The translations under genes were made by a program, and so were the position numbers. From Candidatus Dormiibacterota bacterium (lineage in GTDB: Bacteria > Chloroflexota > Dormibacteria > Aeolococcales > Aeolococcaceae), in the NCBI GenBank assembly GCA_963718525.1, contig OY970355.1:576001-640000 (forward strand): 64,000 nucleotides of DNA, in the 5' to 3' direction. The notes under the pieces are model-generated. The model did not search any database. It was given only the letters and a program-made list of their open reading frames with translations, and was not told where the DNA came from. Positions 10,920-21,384 of this stretch are shown here, in pieces. Each line of letters begins with the position of its first letter. The stretch's first letter is position 1.

Positions 10920-12254
10920 TTGAAACCGCGTCGTACGAGCCTTATGGCAGCGATTTGGTGCGTCGCTGGGTTGCTCATTTCGTTCTCGAGTACGGCGGCG
11001 GCCTCGACGCCCGGCGACTGGAGCATGTTCCACGGCGACCCGCTGCACAGCGGCGTTTCGCCTGACACCACGATCAGCACGTCGCATTCCACGCTCGCGG
11101 TGCGGTGGTCGCACACGATCGACGGCTCGCCTATCTACGGCTCGCCCGTGGTCGTGTACAACACCGTCCTCAGCGAGAATCTCGTGTACGAGGTGAGCGT
11201 CGGCGGCACGATGGAAGCGATGGATGCGACCAGCGGTGCGCAGGTGTGGACGGCGTCTGTCGGGTCTGGAGCCGTCGACTCCCCTGCAGTCGACTCCAAC
11301 ACTCTCTACATCGGCAGTGACGGCGGCCTGCTCTCTGCGCTGGATGCAGCCACCGGAGCCGTCGACTGCACGTTCCAGCTGCCGATCCTGAGCCCGGAGA
11401 CGGCCCCGGGCCGCATCGAGTCGTCTCCGGTGGTGGGTCACGACAGCAGTGGGCCCATCGTGTATTTCGGCGACACTGGGCAGTCCGAGTCAATCAACCA
11501 CGGTCGCGAATGGGCCGTCTACGGGTTCGGCAACACCAACGGCAATTGCGTCCAAAAATGGGTGCACGACCTCGGTACCTCGTCCAAGAGCAAGCATTCC
11601 GGGACGTGGTCACCGCCGGCCCTGGTCATGGATTCGACCGGGCGCACCCTCGTTGTGTTCGGAACGGGCCAGCCCGATGACGCCGTCTACGCGCTGGACA
11701 CCGCCACCGGTGCGCAGGTCTGGCGCTTCCAGACCACCAAGAACTTCTCTGACGCGGACGTCGGCGCGGGGCCAACCATCAGCGCTCCCGGTGTCAATGG
11801 CGATGCCGATGGGCTCGTCTACATCGATGGCAAGGACCGAATCGAGTACGCCATCGACCTGCTCACGGGCACGCAGCTCTGGGACTTCGACATGGGGGCC
11901 GATGCCAACGACAGGACGAACTCCGTGTCGTGCGCTGCGCTCGTGGGGGACATCGTCGTGGTGGCGTACGCCGACTATGTCTACGAGTTCAACGCCACGA
12001 CGGGAGCGAAAATCTTCCGGTCGGTTGCCATGTCGGGAAACGTCCTGGGTTCGGTGATCGTCTCGGGGGCTCCAGGAAGCCAGGTTGTCGTCGTCGGCGA
12101 TCTGACGGGCAGGGTGTACACATTCCAGTTCAGCAACCTGCAAGATCTCGCAGCCCTGAGGTTGGCCAAGACCAAACTGGCAGCTTCCATCGCGATCTCC
12201 GACGGCATGGCCTATGTCGCCGATGAGAACGGGATCGTGTACGGCCTCGGCTGA
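10920..12254 (+). CDS. Secreted PQQ-like beta-propeller
   Basis: Signal peptide, DWSMFHGDPLHSG, repeated ALDAATG..W; start codon uncertain. Confidence 0.85.
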   Translation: MKPRRTSLMAAIWCVAGLLISFSSTAAASTPGDWSMFHGDPLHSGVSPDTTISTSHSTLAVRWSHTIDGSPIYGSPVVVYNTVLSENLVYEVSVGGTMEAMDATSGAQVWTASVGSGAVDSPAVDSNTLYIGSDGGLLSALDAATGAVDCTFQLPILSPETAPGRIESSPVVGHDSSGPIVYFGDTGQSESINHGREWAVYGFGNTNGNCVQKWVHDLGTSSKSKHSGTWSPPALVMDSTGRTLVVFGTGQPDDAVYALDTATGAQVWRFQTTKNFSDADVGAGPTISAPGVNGDADGLVYIDGKDRIEYAIDLLTGTQLWDFDMGADANDRTNSVSCAALVGDIVVVAYADYVYEFNATTGAKIFRSVAMSGNVLGSVIVSGAPGSQVVVVGDLTGRVYTFQFSNLQDLAALRLAKTKLAASIAISDGMAYVADENGIVYGLG

Positions 12255-12560
12255 CAGCGCACGCCAAGCTCCTGACCGTAGCGCCGGAGAGGTTGGTTGA
12301 CGTGTTCAGGAAGTCGAACTCCGAGCCGGCATAGCAACCGGTGACCATGGATCCCACCTCGCTTGACGGCGCTCGTCCGGTTCGAGTATCTTCCCGAGCG
12401 AAGCTGCGTGAGAGTGGGCGCAGGAGGGGAGACGAGTGACGCAAGGATGTGGTGAGCGGCTACCTGCCGCGCCCGTGGCTCCTCGGTGCCCGTGGGGGTT
12501 CCGTATCAGCCGCATCGGTTGACACTCGCTGGCGTAGCTGTTCAGAAGGGGTGACATGGC

Positions 12561-13946
12561 ATGAGGGATGCAGCAGGGACACATCAGCACGTGCCGCGGC
12601 CCGCGCAACTTGGACTCCGCCGTCGGGCGGAGGTGGCGATCCTCGTTTTGGCGTGTGCGGGGGCCGCGACGGTGTTCACTTCGCCCACTCGTGCCGTCGC
12701 CGCGCAGCCAGATGACTGGGCGATGTTCCACCGAGACCAGCTGCACCAAGGCGTCTCGCCGGACGCGAATCCAAGTGCGTCGACCGCGTCTTCATTGTCG
12801 CTCAAGTGGAAAACGGCGGTGCCTGGATCGGCAAGCGGGTTGCTGGGATCGCCTGCGGTTGTCTACAACGCGACCCTCGGAACGTATCTCGTCTATGAGG
12901 CGAGCCAGGGAACACGAGCGACAATGGTGGCGATCGACGCCGCAACCGGTGCGACCGTCTGGTCCACCAAACTCGGCGCCACAGTTCGAGACTCCGCTGC
13001 AGTATCGGGCAACACCGTCTACGTGGCGACCCATGACCAACGCCTCTACGCGATCAACGCGACGACTGGCGCGATCGTCTGTTCCTACCTGACGACGGGA
13101 CTGATCGAGGCTTCGCCGGTGGTGGGTGATGTCGACGGCACGGGTGACGTTGTCTACTTCGGTGACATCGGGCAGCGAGAGAAGGCAAACGCGGGTCACA
13201 TGTGGGCTGTCAACGGGGTGGGCAACAGCAACGGTCAGTGCACACTCAAGTGGTCCTTCAACGCGTTTGCAGTCACCGCTGGCGGGACCCGGACTGGGAG
13301 CTGGTCACCCCCGGCCCTCACCCAGGACAAGACGGGTCGGTGGCTCGTCGTCTTCGGGACGACGAATCCTGATAACGCCGTCTATGCACTTGACGCCGTT
13401 GCGGGTACCGAAGTGTGGCATTTCACTACCACAAGCGTTGGCGACTCGGATGTCGGCGCGGGCGCGACGATAAGCCCCCCGGGCGCCAACGGCTTTGCGG
13501 ATGGGGTCGTCTACATAGACGGCAAGGACCAGGTCGAATACGCGCTCGATCTGTCGACCGGCGCAAGCCTCTGGCAATTCAACCTCAAGAAGAACGCAGG
13601 GAGCGGAGCCAAGGCGATTTGCACGGCCGCACTGGTGGGCACGAACCTGATCATCACGTACAACCAGTATGTCTATGACCTCAATGCGGTCAGCGGAGCG
13701 GTGGTCTGGCGAAGCGCGGCGACAGGCACGGCAGATTTCATTGCCTCACCGGCAATCTCGGGGGCACCCGGTGATCAGGTGATCCTCGCCGGCGACCTCG
13801 CCGGAACCGAGCATGCATATGCCCTCGCCACGGGCGCAGAGGTATTCAAGTTCAAGGCATCCGCGACGATCTTCTCATCGTCCGCGATTGCGAACGGCAT
13901 GGTGTTCTTCGGATCGCTGGACGGCAGCGTCTATGCGCTGGGTTGA
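12561..13946 (+). CDS. Secreted PQQ-like beta-propeller
   Basis: DWAMFHRDQLHQG, AIDAATGATVW repeats, ends GSLDGSVYALG. Confidence 0.85.
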   Translation: MRDAAGTHQHVPRPAQLGLRRRAEVAILVLACAGAATVFTSPTRAVAAQPDDWAMFHRDQLHQGVSPDANPSASTASSLSLKWKTAVPGSASGLLGSPAVVYNATLGTYLVYEASQGTRATMVAIDAATGATVWSTKLGATVRDSAAVSGNTVYVATHDQRLYAINATTGAIVCSYLTTGLIEASPVVGDVDGTGDVVYFGDIGQREKANAGHMWAVNGVGNSNGQCTLKWSFNAFAVTAGGTRTGSWSPPALTQDKTGRWLVVFGTTNPDNAVYALDAVAGTEVWHFTTTSVGDSDVGAGATISPPGANGFADGVVYIDGKDQVEYALDLSTGASLWQFNLKKNAGSGAKAICTAALVGTNLIITYNQYVYDLNAVSGAVVWRSAATGTADFIASPAISGAPGDQVILAGDLAGTEHAYALATGAEVFKFKASATIFSSSAIANGMVFFGSLDGSVYALG

Positions 13947-14259
13947 TCCGTGGTCGACGTGGCTCCCATCAATCGCGCCCCGCATTGAGATACGCGGCAG
14001 GCACAGCTGGCGCGTGCTCCATTAGCCACGTCGTCGTCACCTGACGGGGGCACAATCCGGCGACTTCGCTGGTATTGGTCCGTAGCGCCCCGAAGGGATC
14101 CCTGGTCGAGCACTGTCGCGAACATCACAACACCCCGTTTGGGTGCCCGGGGCAGGTAGGCCGAGATGGGTGCCGGGCTCTCGTTCCTTAACGCCCGCTT
14201 AGTCAGCTGTCTGGTAGCGTCATGACACATCGACTGTCATCGGAGAGGAGAAGGACAGG

Positions 14260-14454
14260 GTGGCTCAGGACACCAGGACATCCGAGCTGGGAGTCAAATG
14301 TGGCTGCGGATTTGAAGTGTGGGGCACCGAAGAGGAGCTCATCCTGATGGTTCAGGAGCATGGGATCGAGGCACATAACGTGCACGTGACGTACGAGCAT
14401 GTGCTCGAGATGGTGCGTCCAGCCACGCCGGTCGCCCCCCGCTGGGTTCGGTAG
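14260..14454 (+). CDS. Small metal-binding DUF1059-like protein
   Basis: KCGCGFEVWGTEEEL..VQEHG..AH pattern; GGAGAAGGA upstream. Confidence 0.65.
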   Translation: MAQDTRTSELGVKCGCGFEVWGTEEELILMVQEHGIEAHNVHVTYEHVLEMVRPATPVAPRWVR

Positions 14455-14639
14455 GTCGGCGGACGATCAGATCAGGAAAGGTTCGACGCGCAGACGGCGA
14501 CGTGACGACGCTAGGGCCCGCCCCATGCCGCGGCGTGCTGCGGGTCAGGAGATGAACGAGATTTCGACCTCCCAGAGGTAGGAGGGCGGGGCACAGACGG
14601 GCGGGCACCGCGGGGATCGAGATGCATCGATGGATGCTG

Positions 14640-15146
14640 CATATCGCTGCAACCGAGGTGTCGGCGTTGAAGCCGGGCCGCACCGCGCGAGCGCGAGCGG
14701 TGAACAGCGCTACGGCGTCACCCTGCGGCAGCGGCGGCACGGGATACTCCCACTCGGCTGTGACGCGCAGAGGGTCGCGGCTGGTCACCAGGAGCTTCAC
14801 GCCGCTGGCTTTCTCCAGCACGTGCGCAAGCTCAGTCCCGGCAGCCACAACCTGCTCGAAGTTGTCGACCAGGAACAGCATGCGTTTGCCGGCGACGCGT
14901 TCCGCCACATCGCCAATGATGCCGGCGGCCTGCGCCAGCGCTGGGGACACCAGTTGCACGTCACGCGTCGCCCTGCGTATCGACCTCGGCACCGTTGTGC
15001 TCAGCGAAGTCGGCGCGCAGGACGCGGCGATGTTCGCGCAGCACGGCTGGGTAGCCGTCGCCAAGCTCTTGCGCCAGCCGGGTCGATCCCTCGATGTCCG
15101 TGAACAGGAAGGTGACGGTGCCGGTTGGAAGGTCGCGGCGACTCAC
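14640..15146 (-). pseudogene. Adenylate/guanylate cyclase-STAND ATPase gene relic with internal deletion
   Basis: LPTGTVTFLFTDIEGSTRL...VDTQGDA then stop, followed in another frame by LFLVDNFEQV, LLVTSRDPL, AVALFTARARAVRPGF; Walker A and TPR missing. Confidence 0.8.
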
Positions 15147-15320
15147 GACGGGAGTTTGGCATCAAGATCCCACAGGTCGGGGCGGCTTGACCTGTTCGAG
15201 GCAATCGAGACATTCCCCTGCATTGCTACTCAATAGAAGCTAGACTGCGCCGTGCGCTCGCGGGTGGCGTGTCGTACTGAAGGGCTGGGAGATGTCCGAC
15301 CAGCGATATGGGGGAAGCAA

Positions 15321-16628
15321 ATGAAAGCCACTGGAATCATGCGGTTCGTACTGGCAGCGGGACTGCTCGCCGGTGCCGGCGTCGCTCAAAACCTCGATGT
15401 GGCCGCAGCGAGCGCGGGCGATCACGATAGGGGGGCGCTCTTCGTGTCGCCGCTCGGAGCCCCGACGAATCCGGGCGAGTCGTGCGCGACCGCCCGCTAC
15501 AAGACGATCCAGTCAGCAGTGGATGCCGCCTCGAAGTGGGCCACCGTGATCGTCTGCAAGGGCACGTACACAGAGGATGTGGTCGTGTCCTCGCCGCTCA
15601 CACTCAAAGGCCGCGACGCCACGATCAAAGGCACCGCGATGACGTCATTCATATGCGATCAACTCGGACCAACCGGTCCGGGCGTGGCTCCCTGCCTCGC
15701 CGGCGTCACCATCAGGAGCTCGCACGTCTCGATCGAAGGCTTCACCGTAACGGGCGCGATCGGTGAGGGCATCCTTGCCACGGGCACCCTGAAAGGCGGC
15801 TCGATCACCGACGTGAGCATCGAAGACAACTGGGTAGCCGGTAACAACATCGGCGGGATTCCCCCTTCTCCGAACTCGCCATATCCGCAGTGCGCGGCCA
15901 ACGGCCAGATCCCCGGCGACTGCGGTGAGGGCATCCATCTCATGGGCGTCGCTCACTCGGTGGTAGCCGGCAACCACGTCAGCGGCAACGAGGGTGGCGT
16001 CCTCCTCACGGACGAGTTTGGGCCGACGCACGGCAACGTGGTCGAAGACAACACGATCACGGCGAACCCGTTCGACTGCGGCGTGACCGTCCCTGGGCAT
16101 AACCCGTTTGCGCTCGACGCAAGCGGCAATCCGCAGCCCCTGGTCGCCGGCGTGTACAGCAACGTCATCCGTGGCAATCGCATCACAGACAACGGCTTGC
16201 TGGGAGAGGGTGCGGGTGTGCTGTTCGCCAACGCTGGCCCGGGAACCGCCTCCTACAACAACCTTGTCGTAGACAACTACATCGCCGGCAATGAGCTGTC
16301 GGGGGTGACCATGCACGCGCACACGCTTCCGCCTGGAATGTTCGAGGACCTCAACGGCAACCGCATCATCGACAACATCATCGGCCGCAACAACGTCGGC
16401 AGCCCATTTGTCCCCGGAGATCCACTCGATGGACCGCCCGCGCAGGATTTTGTGACAACCGGCATTCTGGTTTTCTCGGGCACCGTGCCGGTGCACGTGA
16501 CCATCAGCGACAACCGGATCTCCAACGATCAGTACGGCATGTGGGTAGGGATCAACGGCAACGTGACAGTGACGCGGAACGACAACTCGTTTCATAACGT
16601 CGCCAAGCATTTCTTCCTCTACAGCTGA
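15321..16628 (+). CDS. Secreted right-handed parallel beta-helix protein
   Basis: Signal peptide, YKTIQSAVDAA...KGTYTE, repeated N-x-I-x-x-N turns. Confidence 0.85.
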   Translation: MKATGIMRFVLAAGLLAGAGVAQNLDVAAASAGDHDRGALFVSPLGAPTNPGESCATARYKTIQSAVDAASKWATVIVCKGTYTEDVVVSSPLTLKGRDATIKGTAMTSFICDQLGPTGPGVAPCLAGVTIRSSHVSIEGFTVTGAIGEGILATGTLKGGSITDVSIEDNWVAGNNIGGIPPSPNSPYPQCAANGQIPGDCGEGIHLMGVAHSVVAGNHVSGNEGGVLLTDEFGPTHGNVVEDNTITANPFDCGVTVPGHNPFALDASGNPQPLVAGVYSNVIRGNRITDNGLLGEGAGVLFANAGPGTASYNNLVVDNYIAGNELSGVTMHAHTLPPGMFEDLNGNRIIDNIIGRNNVGSPFVPGDPLDGPPAQDFVTTGILVFSGTVPVHVTISDNRISNDQYGMWVGINGNVTVTRNDNSFHNVAKHFFLYS

Positions 16629-16645
16629 GCAGTTCAACACCAAAG

Positions 16646-16692
16646 GTGATCTGTCGACCCTCGTCGGGCGTACGGCGAGGGTCGACGATCAC
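16646..16692. terminator. Hairpin between convergent genes
   Basis: GTCGACCCTCGTCG-ggcgta-CGGCGAGGGTCGAC inverted repeat. Confidence 0.6.
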
Positions 16693-16723
16693 GGTCGTCA
16701 TCGGCGGCCGGTCGGTCTCCCGG

Positions 16724-17710
16724 TCAGTGCAATGGGATCGTGTTGAACACACCCCACGGGGTGACCGCGCCCGCCCCGTTGATGCTCTGCGTTCCGGTGA
16801 CGCCCGGTATGTAGGCGTCCTTGATGAACAGGTACAAGGGCTTGCCATGGTAGGTCACCTGGCGGGTACCGTCCGGCCTCACGACAACTCCGAGCGCGCG
16901 CTGATCGACGCCCTTGCCGGCCTCAGGTCGCCCGGAAGTGAGGACCGGTGACCAGATCAGGGCGCAAAACCTTTGGCAGGCCTGGCCTTCTTCGTTACTC
17001 AACGTGTAGGCAGGGAAGCTCCCCTGCGGCAGGAGGGAGAAGTCGTTGTCCATCGTTGCGGCCAGCACCTCGTTCGCGCCCACCGTCTCGACCTGCATCT
17101 GAAGGCGACCAGGCGCGGGATTGCCGCGATCCGGATCCACCAGGTACCAGGTGCCAGGCGGACTGGTCACTGGGTCGAACAGATCGGCCCCGTCCGTTTG
17201 CCCCGGCGCCTCGTCCAGGAAGAACCGGTACAGCGGCAGACCGGCGTAGGTCACCTGCTGCACGCTCTCGCCGGAGAGCACGTCAGTGCGGGTCACCGTC
17301 CCGAGGAGAGAGCGCTTGATCCCGGGCCCGGCGATCGGATGACCCTTGGTCAGGAGTGCGGGCCAGAGGATACTGTCGCACGGCTGCCCGATGGCGTTCG
17401 GTCCGTTGCTGCACCCGAAAGCAGCCAAACCAAACGTCAGCGAATGGAGTTTGTCGGACGTCAGGACGTACAGAGAGCAACCGGCGTTGGCGCCCGAACC
17501 GACGATGAGCACCGTACCGAAGGATGTCGATGCCGTCGACAGGGTCGCGGGGCCGGTCGGGGCGCTGGTAACTGGAGTGGTGCAGGAACGAGCAGCGCCC
17601 TGGGCGTTCACGGGTGAGCTGACGAGAGGGGCAGCCGCAAGCAGGGCCAGGGTGAGCACAGCAGCCGTGGTTGGGCCTGCAACAACCCGTCGGACATGGC
17701 GGGACAACAT
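16724..17710 (-). CDS. Secreted protein with COG4315 (Lipoprotein_15) repeats
   Basis: Two QVTYxGxPLYxFxxD repeats, each preceded by C...WP/WSP. Confidence 0.8.
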   Translation of the reverse strand: MLSRHVRRVVAGPTTAAVLTLALLAAAPLVSSPVNAQGAARSCTTPVTSAPTGPATLSTASTSFGTVLIVGSGANAGCSLYVLTSDKLHSLTFGLAAFGCSNGPNAIGQPCDSILWPALLTKGHPIAGPGIKRSLLGTVTRTDVLSGESVQQVTYAGLPLYRFFLDEAPGQTDGADLFDPVTSPPGTWYLVDPDRGNPAPGRLQMQVETVGANEVLAATMDNDFSLLPQGSFPAYTLSNEEGQACQRFCALIWSPVLTSGRPEAGKGVDQRALGVVVRPDGTRQVTYHGKPLYLFIKDAYIPGVTGTQSINGAGAVTPWGVFNTIPLH

Positions 17711-17736
17711 CTCAATAACCTCCAAAACTCTTAAGG

Positions 17737-18009
17737 TCAGCGGTAGAAGTACGGATCGAGCACGCTCACCTGCGTGATCTGGTCGAGCGGCAGGGAGTTG
17801 CGGTCGGCGGTCTTGCGAATCGCTTCTGGACTCGGCGCGTCGTAGACGCAGAAGGTCTTCCTCTTGTCGTCGCTGACATAGGAGTGGACCCAGGTGACGC
17901 CGTCATCGGCGTTGCGGTCCACCACTGCTAGGCAGCTCGCAGCTCCCTGCGCATCCACGGGAATGTGGAGTCCTTCCGGAAAGGTCCGCTCCACAACGTA
18001 TCTCGGCAT
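17737..18009 (-). CDS. DUF4242 family protein
   Basis: MPRYVVER...VTWVHSYVSDDKRKTFCVYDAPSPEAIR; AAGGAGG RBS. Confidence 0.88.
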   Translation of the reverse strand: MPRYVVERTFPEGLHIPVDAQGAASCLAVVDRNADDGVTWVHSYVSDDKRKTFCVYDAPSPEAIRKTADRNSLPLDQITQVSVLDPYFYR

Positions 18010-18194
18010 ATGCGTTCCTCCTTGTGCTGTTCTCGCTGGCGCGAGTACCTGCAGCGAGGCTAGGAGCGTCTCAGCCGAGCGCGAATCGGGGGGACTACCC
18101 AGATTGGCGCTTGCGGTTACCCATCTTCGCCCGCAAGCGGAGACGCCGGCTTGACGCGGTTCTACAATTGGCCCACTTCACGGGAGGTAATGCT

Positions 18195-20838
18195 CTGAAG
18201 ACGCCGCAAGCCGTTGCAGGATTGGGGGATCTGCTCGAGCGGGCGGAACCGCTCGCTGCGCTCGAGCAGCACTTCGCCGCGGTCGCGAAGTCCTCGGCCG
18301 GACGCTTCGTTTTCATCGGCGGTGAGGCCGGCGTCGGCAAGACGTCGCTGGTGCGACGCTTCTGCGCCAATCAGTCCGTGCGAGTCCTCTCTGGAGCATG
18401 CGACGCCCTCGCCACGCCGCACCCACTCGGCCCGCTGCTTGACATCTCCCACACCACGGCCGGAGACCTCGAGGCGATGATCGCCGGGGGTGGCCGGCCC
18501 CATGAGGTCGCTGCGGCGTTCCTCGACCAGCTGCGGGCAGGCCCTCCGTGCATCGTGATTCTGGAGGATCTCCACTGGGCTGACGACGCCACCCTGGACG
18601 TCGTCAGGCTGCTCGCCCGCAAGGTGGAATCGGCGCCGGTACTGGCGGTCGGTACCTACCGGGACGACCAGCTGGACCGTACCCACCCGCTGCGGATGCT
18701 CATCGGCGACATCGCGACCAGCCCGGCGATCGCGCGCCTCTCCCTCAGCCCGCTGTCGGCAGCCGCGGTCGCGAATCTCGCAACGCCATACGACCTCGAC
18801 GCCGCCGAGCTCTACCGCAACACGGGCGGCAATCCCTTCTTCGTCACCGAAGTCCTCGCGGCAGGCGGGGACACGCTTCCGGCAACAGTCCAGGACGCTG
18901 TCCTCGCCAGGGTTGCGCGCCTTGGGCCGGTCGCGCAGCGGCTGGTCGAGACGGTCGCCATCATTCCGACCGGCGTCGACGTCAGCGTCCTCGAGGCCAT
19001 GGATGCCGAGGCCGTGACTGGAGTTGAGGAGTGCCTTGCCTCGGGTGTGCTGGCCGCGACTCCCGGCGGTGTCGCCTTCCGCCACGAGCTTGCGCGCCTG
19101 GCTGTTGAGATCTCGCTGTCACCCTCGCGCCGCGTCAGCCTCCACCGCGCCGCGCTGAGGGCGCTGTCCGATCCGAGACGTGTGCCCACTGATCCGACAT
19201 CGCTCTCACATCACGCGGAGGCCGCGGCTGACATCGACGCGGTGCTTCGCTTCGCCCCTCAGGCGGCGGCTGTCGCCGCGCAGGCTCGAGCACATCGGGA
19301 GGCCGCTGCACAGTATGCCCGCGCGCTACGTTTTGGTTGGGCGCTCACCGATGAGCAGCGCGCCGAACTTCTCTCCCTGCGGTCGTGGGAGTGCTTTCTC
19401 ATCGGCCACTATGCGGACGCAATCGAGTCCCGCCGCGAGGCGCTCGCGACGTACCGTTTCCTCGGCGACCGGCTGCGTGAAGGTGACGCGCTTCGCGCGA
19501 TGTCATCGAATCTCCGCTGCAACGGGCAGGTCGCCGAAGCGACCGAGGCGGGTCTGGCAGCAGTTGCTCTGCTGGAGACATTGGCTCCGGGACCTGAGCT
19601 TGCGATGGCGTATGCGAATCGCGCCATGCTTGCGCTGAACGTCGAGCACACGACGGCGACGCTCGACTGGGGCGGGAAGGCGCAGGAGCTCGCCGAGCGC
19701 ATCGACGACCAGGAGACGCTCGTGCACGCCATGAATTCCATTGGCACAGCGGGCTATCTCGTCGGTGATGACGGCGGCCGGCAGGCGCTCGTACGCAGCT
19801 TGCACCTCTGTAAGGAGTGGGGATTCGTCGAGCAGGCTGGTCGCGCATATATCCACCTGGCCTGGGCAGGCGTCCGCGTACATGACTACGCGCGTGCCGA
19901 GGCGTATCAACGAGAAGGAGTTCGAATACTGCCTCGAGCGCGGGCTCGATGCCTGGCGATTCGAGATCCTCGCACACCAAGCCCGCCGCCTCCTCGACCA
20001 AGGCCATTGGGACAAGGCCGCCGAAGCGACATCGACGATTCTGCGATCCGGCACCGGCAACGCGGTCGCACAAACGCTGGCCCTGTGTATCGTCGCGCTG
20101 CTGCGCGCGCGTCGCGGCGACCCCGACCACCAAGGCCCGCTGGCGGAAGCGACAGCGATCGCGGCGCCAACTGGAGAGCTCCAGCACCTCCTGCCTGTCG
20201 CCACTGCAGCCGCCGAGATCGCCTGGCTCGGGGGCGGCGCAAACGCCGCTGACGTGACCCGCGCGGCAACCGATCACGCCATGGAGCTGGCTCTGCGCTA
20301 CCCCGCCATACCGGCGCGTAGCGAGCTCGCGGCGTGGCGCCGACGTTGTGGAGTCCACGATGTGAAGCCCACCGATTCCGTGGGTCCGTATGCCCTCGAG
20401 CTCAGCGGTGACACGGCCGGTGCAGCGGCAGCGTGGACGGAGCTCGGCTGCGAATATGAGGCTGCGATCACGCTCTGCACGGGAGAAGGACCAGACGAGA
20501 ATCACCGGCGCGCACTCGCCATCTTCCAGGTACTTGACGCGAGACCGGCCGCCGCGATCGCAGCGCGACTCCTCCGTGAGGGTGGCGCGCGTGGCGTGCC
20601 TCGTGGGCCTCGTCCGTCGACGAAGCAGAACGCCAGTGGGCTGACGACGCGCGAGGTGGAGGTGCTCGGAATGCTGAGCGAGGAAATGAGCAACCGTGAG
20701 ATCGCCGGGCGCCTGCACCTTTCGGAAAAGACCGTCGACCATCACGTGGCGGCGATCCTGGCCAAACTCGGCGTGAGCAACCGCCGACAAGCGGTCAGGG
20801 CGGCGGCAGCCACGAGCGCGAGCCGATCACCCTTCTGA
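18195..20838 (+). pseudogene. STAND ATPase-LuxR regulator with one frameshift near 19921-19923
   Basis: GEAGVGKT, LEDLHWAD, GGNPFFVTE in one frame; EYCLERGLDAW...LTTREVEVL...LSEKTVDHHV in the next; removing one base in gga gtt c gaa tac joins them; start uncertain; could be a sequencing error. Confidence 0.8.
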
Positions 20839-20900
20839 TCGCCAACAAGGACATCCGGATCCCGCTCGCGTCAGCCGTCCAGGACGCCCCGCTCATTTGA

Positions 20901-20960
20901 CAACCAATTGGTTGACATCCCGAAGGGTTCAGCGTATGGTCGATGTCAACCGATTGGTTG
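20901..20960. promoter_or_regulatory. Two ArsR operators CAACC-N4-GGTTG
   Basis: CAACCAATTGGTTG 20901-20914 and CAACCGATTGGTTG 20947-20960, immediately upstream of the ArsR gene. Confidence 0.75.
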
Positions 20961-20970
20961 AGGAGGTGAC

Positions 20971-21384
20971 GTGCCGCACGACGAACTGTCCCGGGTGTTC
21001 GCGGCCCTGGCCGACCCCACCCGCCGAGGCGTCGTGGCTCGCTTGGCCACCGGCGATACGACGGTGGGTGAACTCGCCTCGCCGTATGGGATGACGGTGC
21101 AGGCGGTCTCCAAGCACCTGAAGGTGCTGGAGGACGCGGGACTGGTCAGCCGTACCGGCGATACGTACCGCCGGCCCTGCCACCTGGAGGCGGAGGTGTT
21201 CGACCTCATGACCAGCTGGATCGAACGGTATCGGCGCGAGGCCGAAGCCCGGTTCGCTCGCCTCGACGGCGTACTCGCCGATCTCGACGCCCTCGAACAA
21301 CCCGGCCCCAAATCGGGCCATCCCACCCGTTCGCACACGACAGCAACGAAGACCGCCAACTCACAGGAGGAAGAACCATCATGA
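20971..21384 (+). CDS. ArsR/SmtB family regulator
   Basis: FAALADPTRR, VGELA, AVSKHLKVLEDAGLV. Confidence 0.92.
   Translation: MPHDELSRVFAALADPTRRGVVARLATGDTTVGELASPYGMTVQAVSKHLKVLEDAGLVSRTGDTYRRPCHLEAEVFDLMTSWIERYRREAEARFARLDGVLADLDALEQPGPKSGHPTRSHTTATKTANSQEEEPS

Noticed and set aside
8809-13946. PQQ-dependent alcohol/methanol dehydrogenases
   Set aside because: Too short, lack the adjacent Cys-Cys and W-D-(Y/F)-D motifs, and no pqq or cytochrome genes are nearby.
19399-20790. Long antisense or alternate-frame ORFs (this one, also 1254-2360, 43377-44327, 49258-50223, 60942-61898)
   Set aside because: Shadow ORFs expected in high-GC DNA, overlapping well-supported genes.
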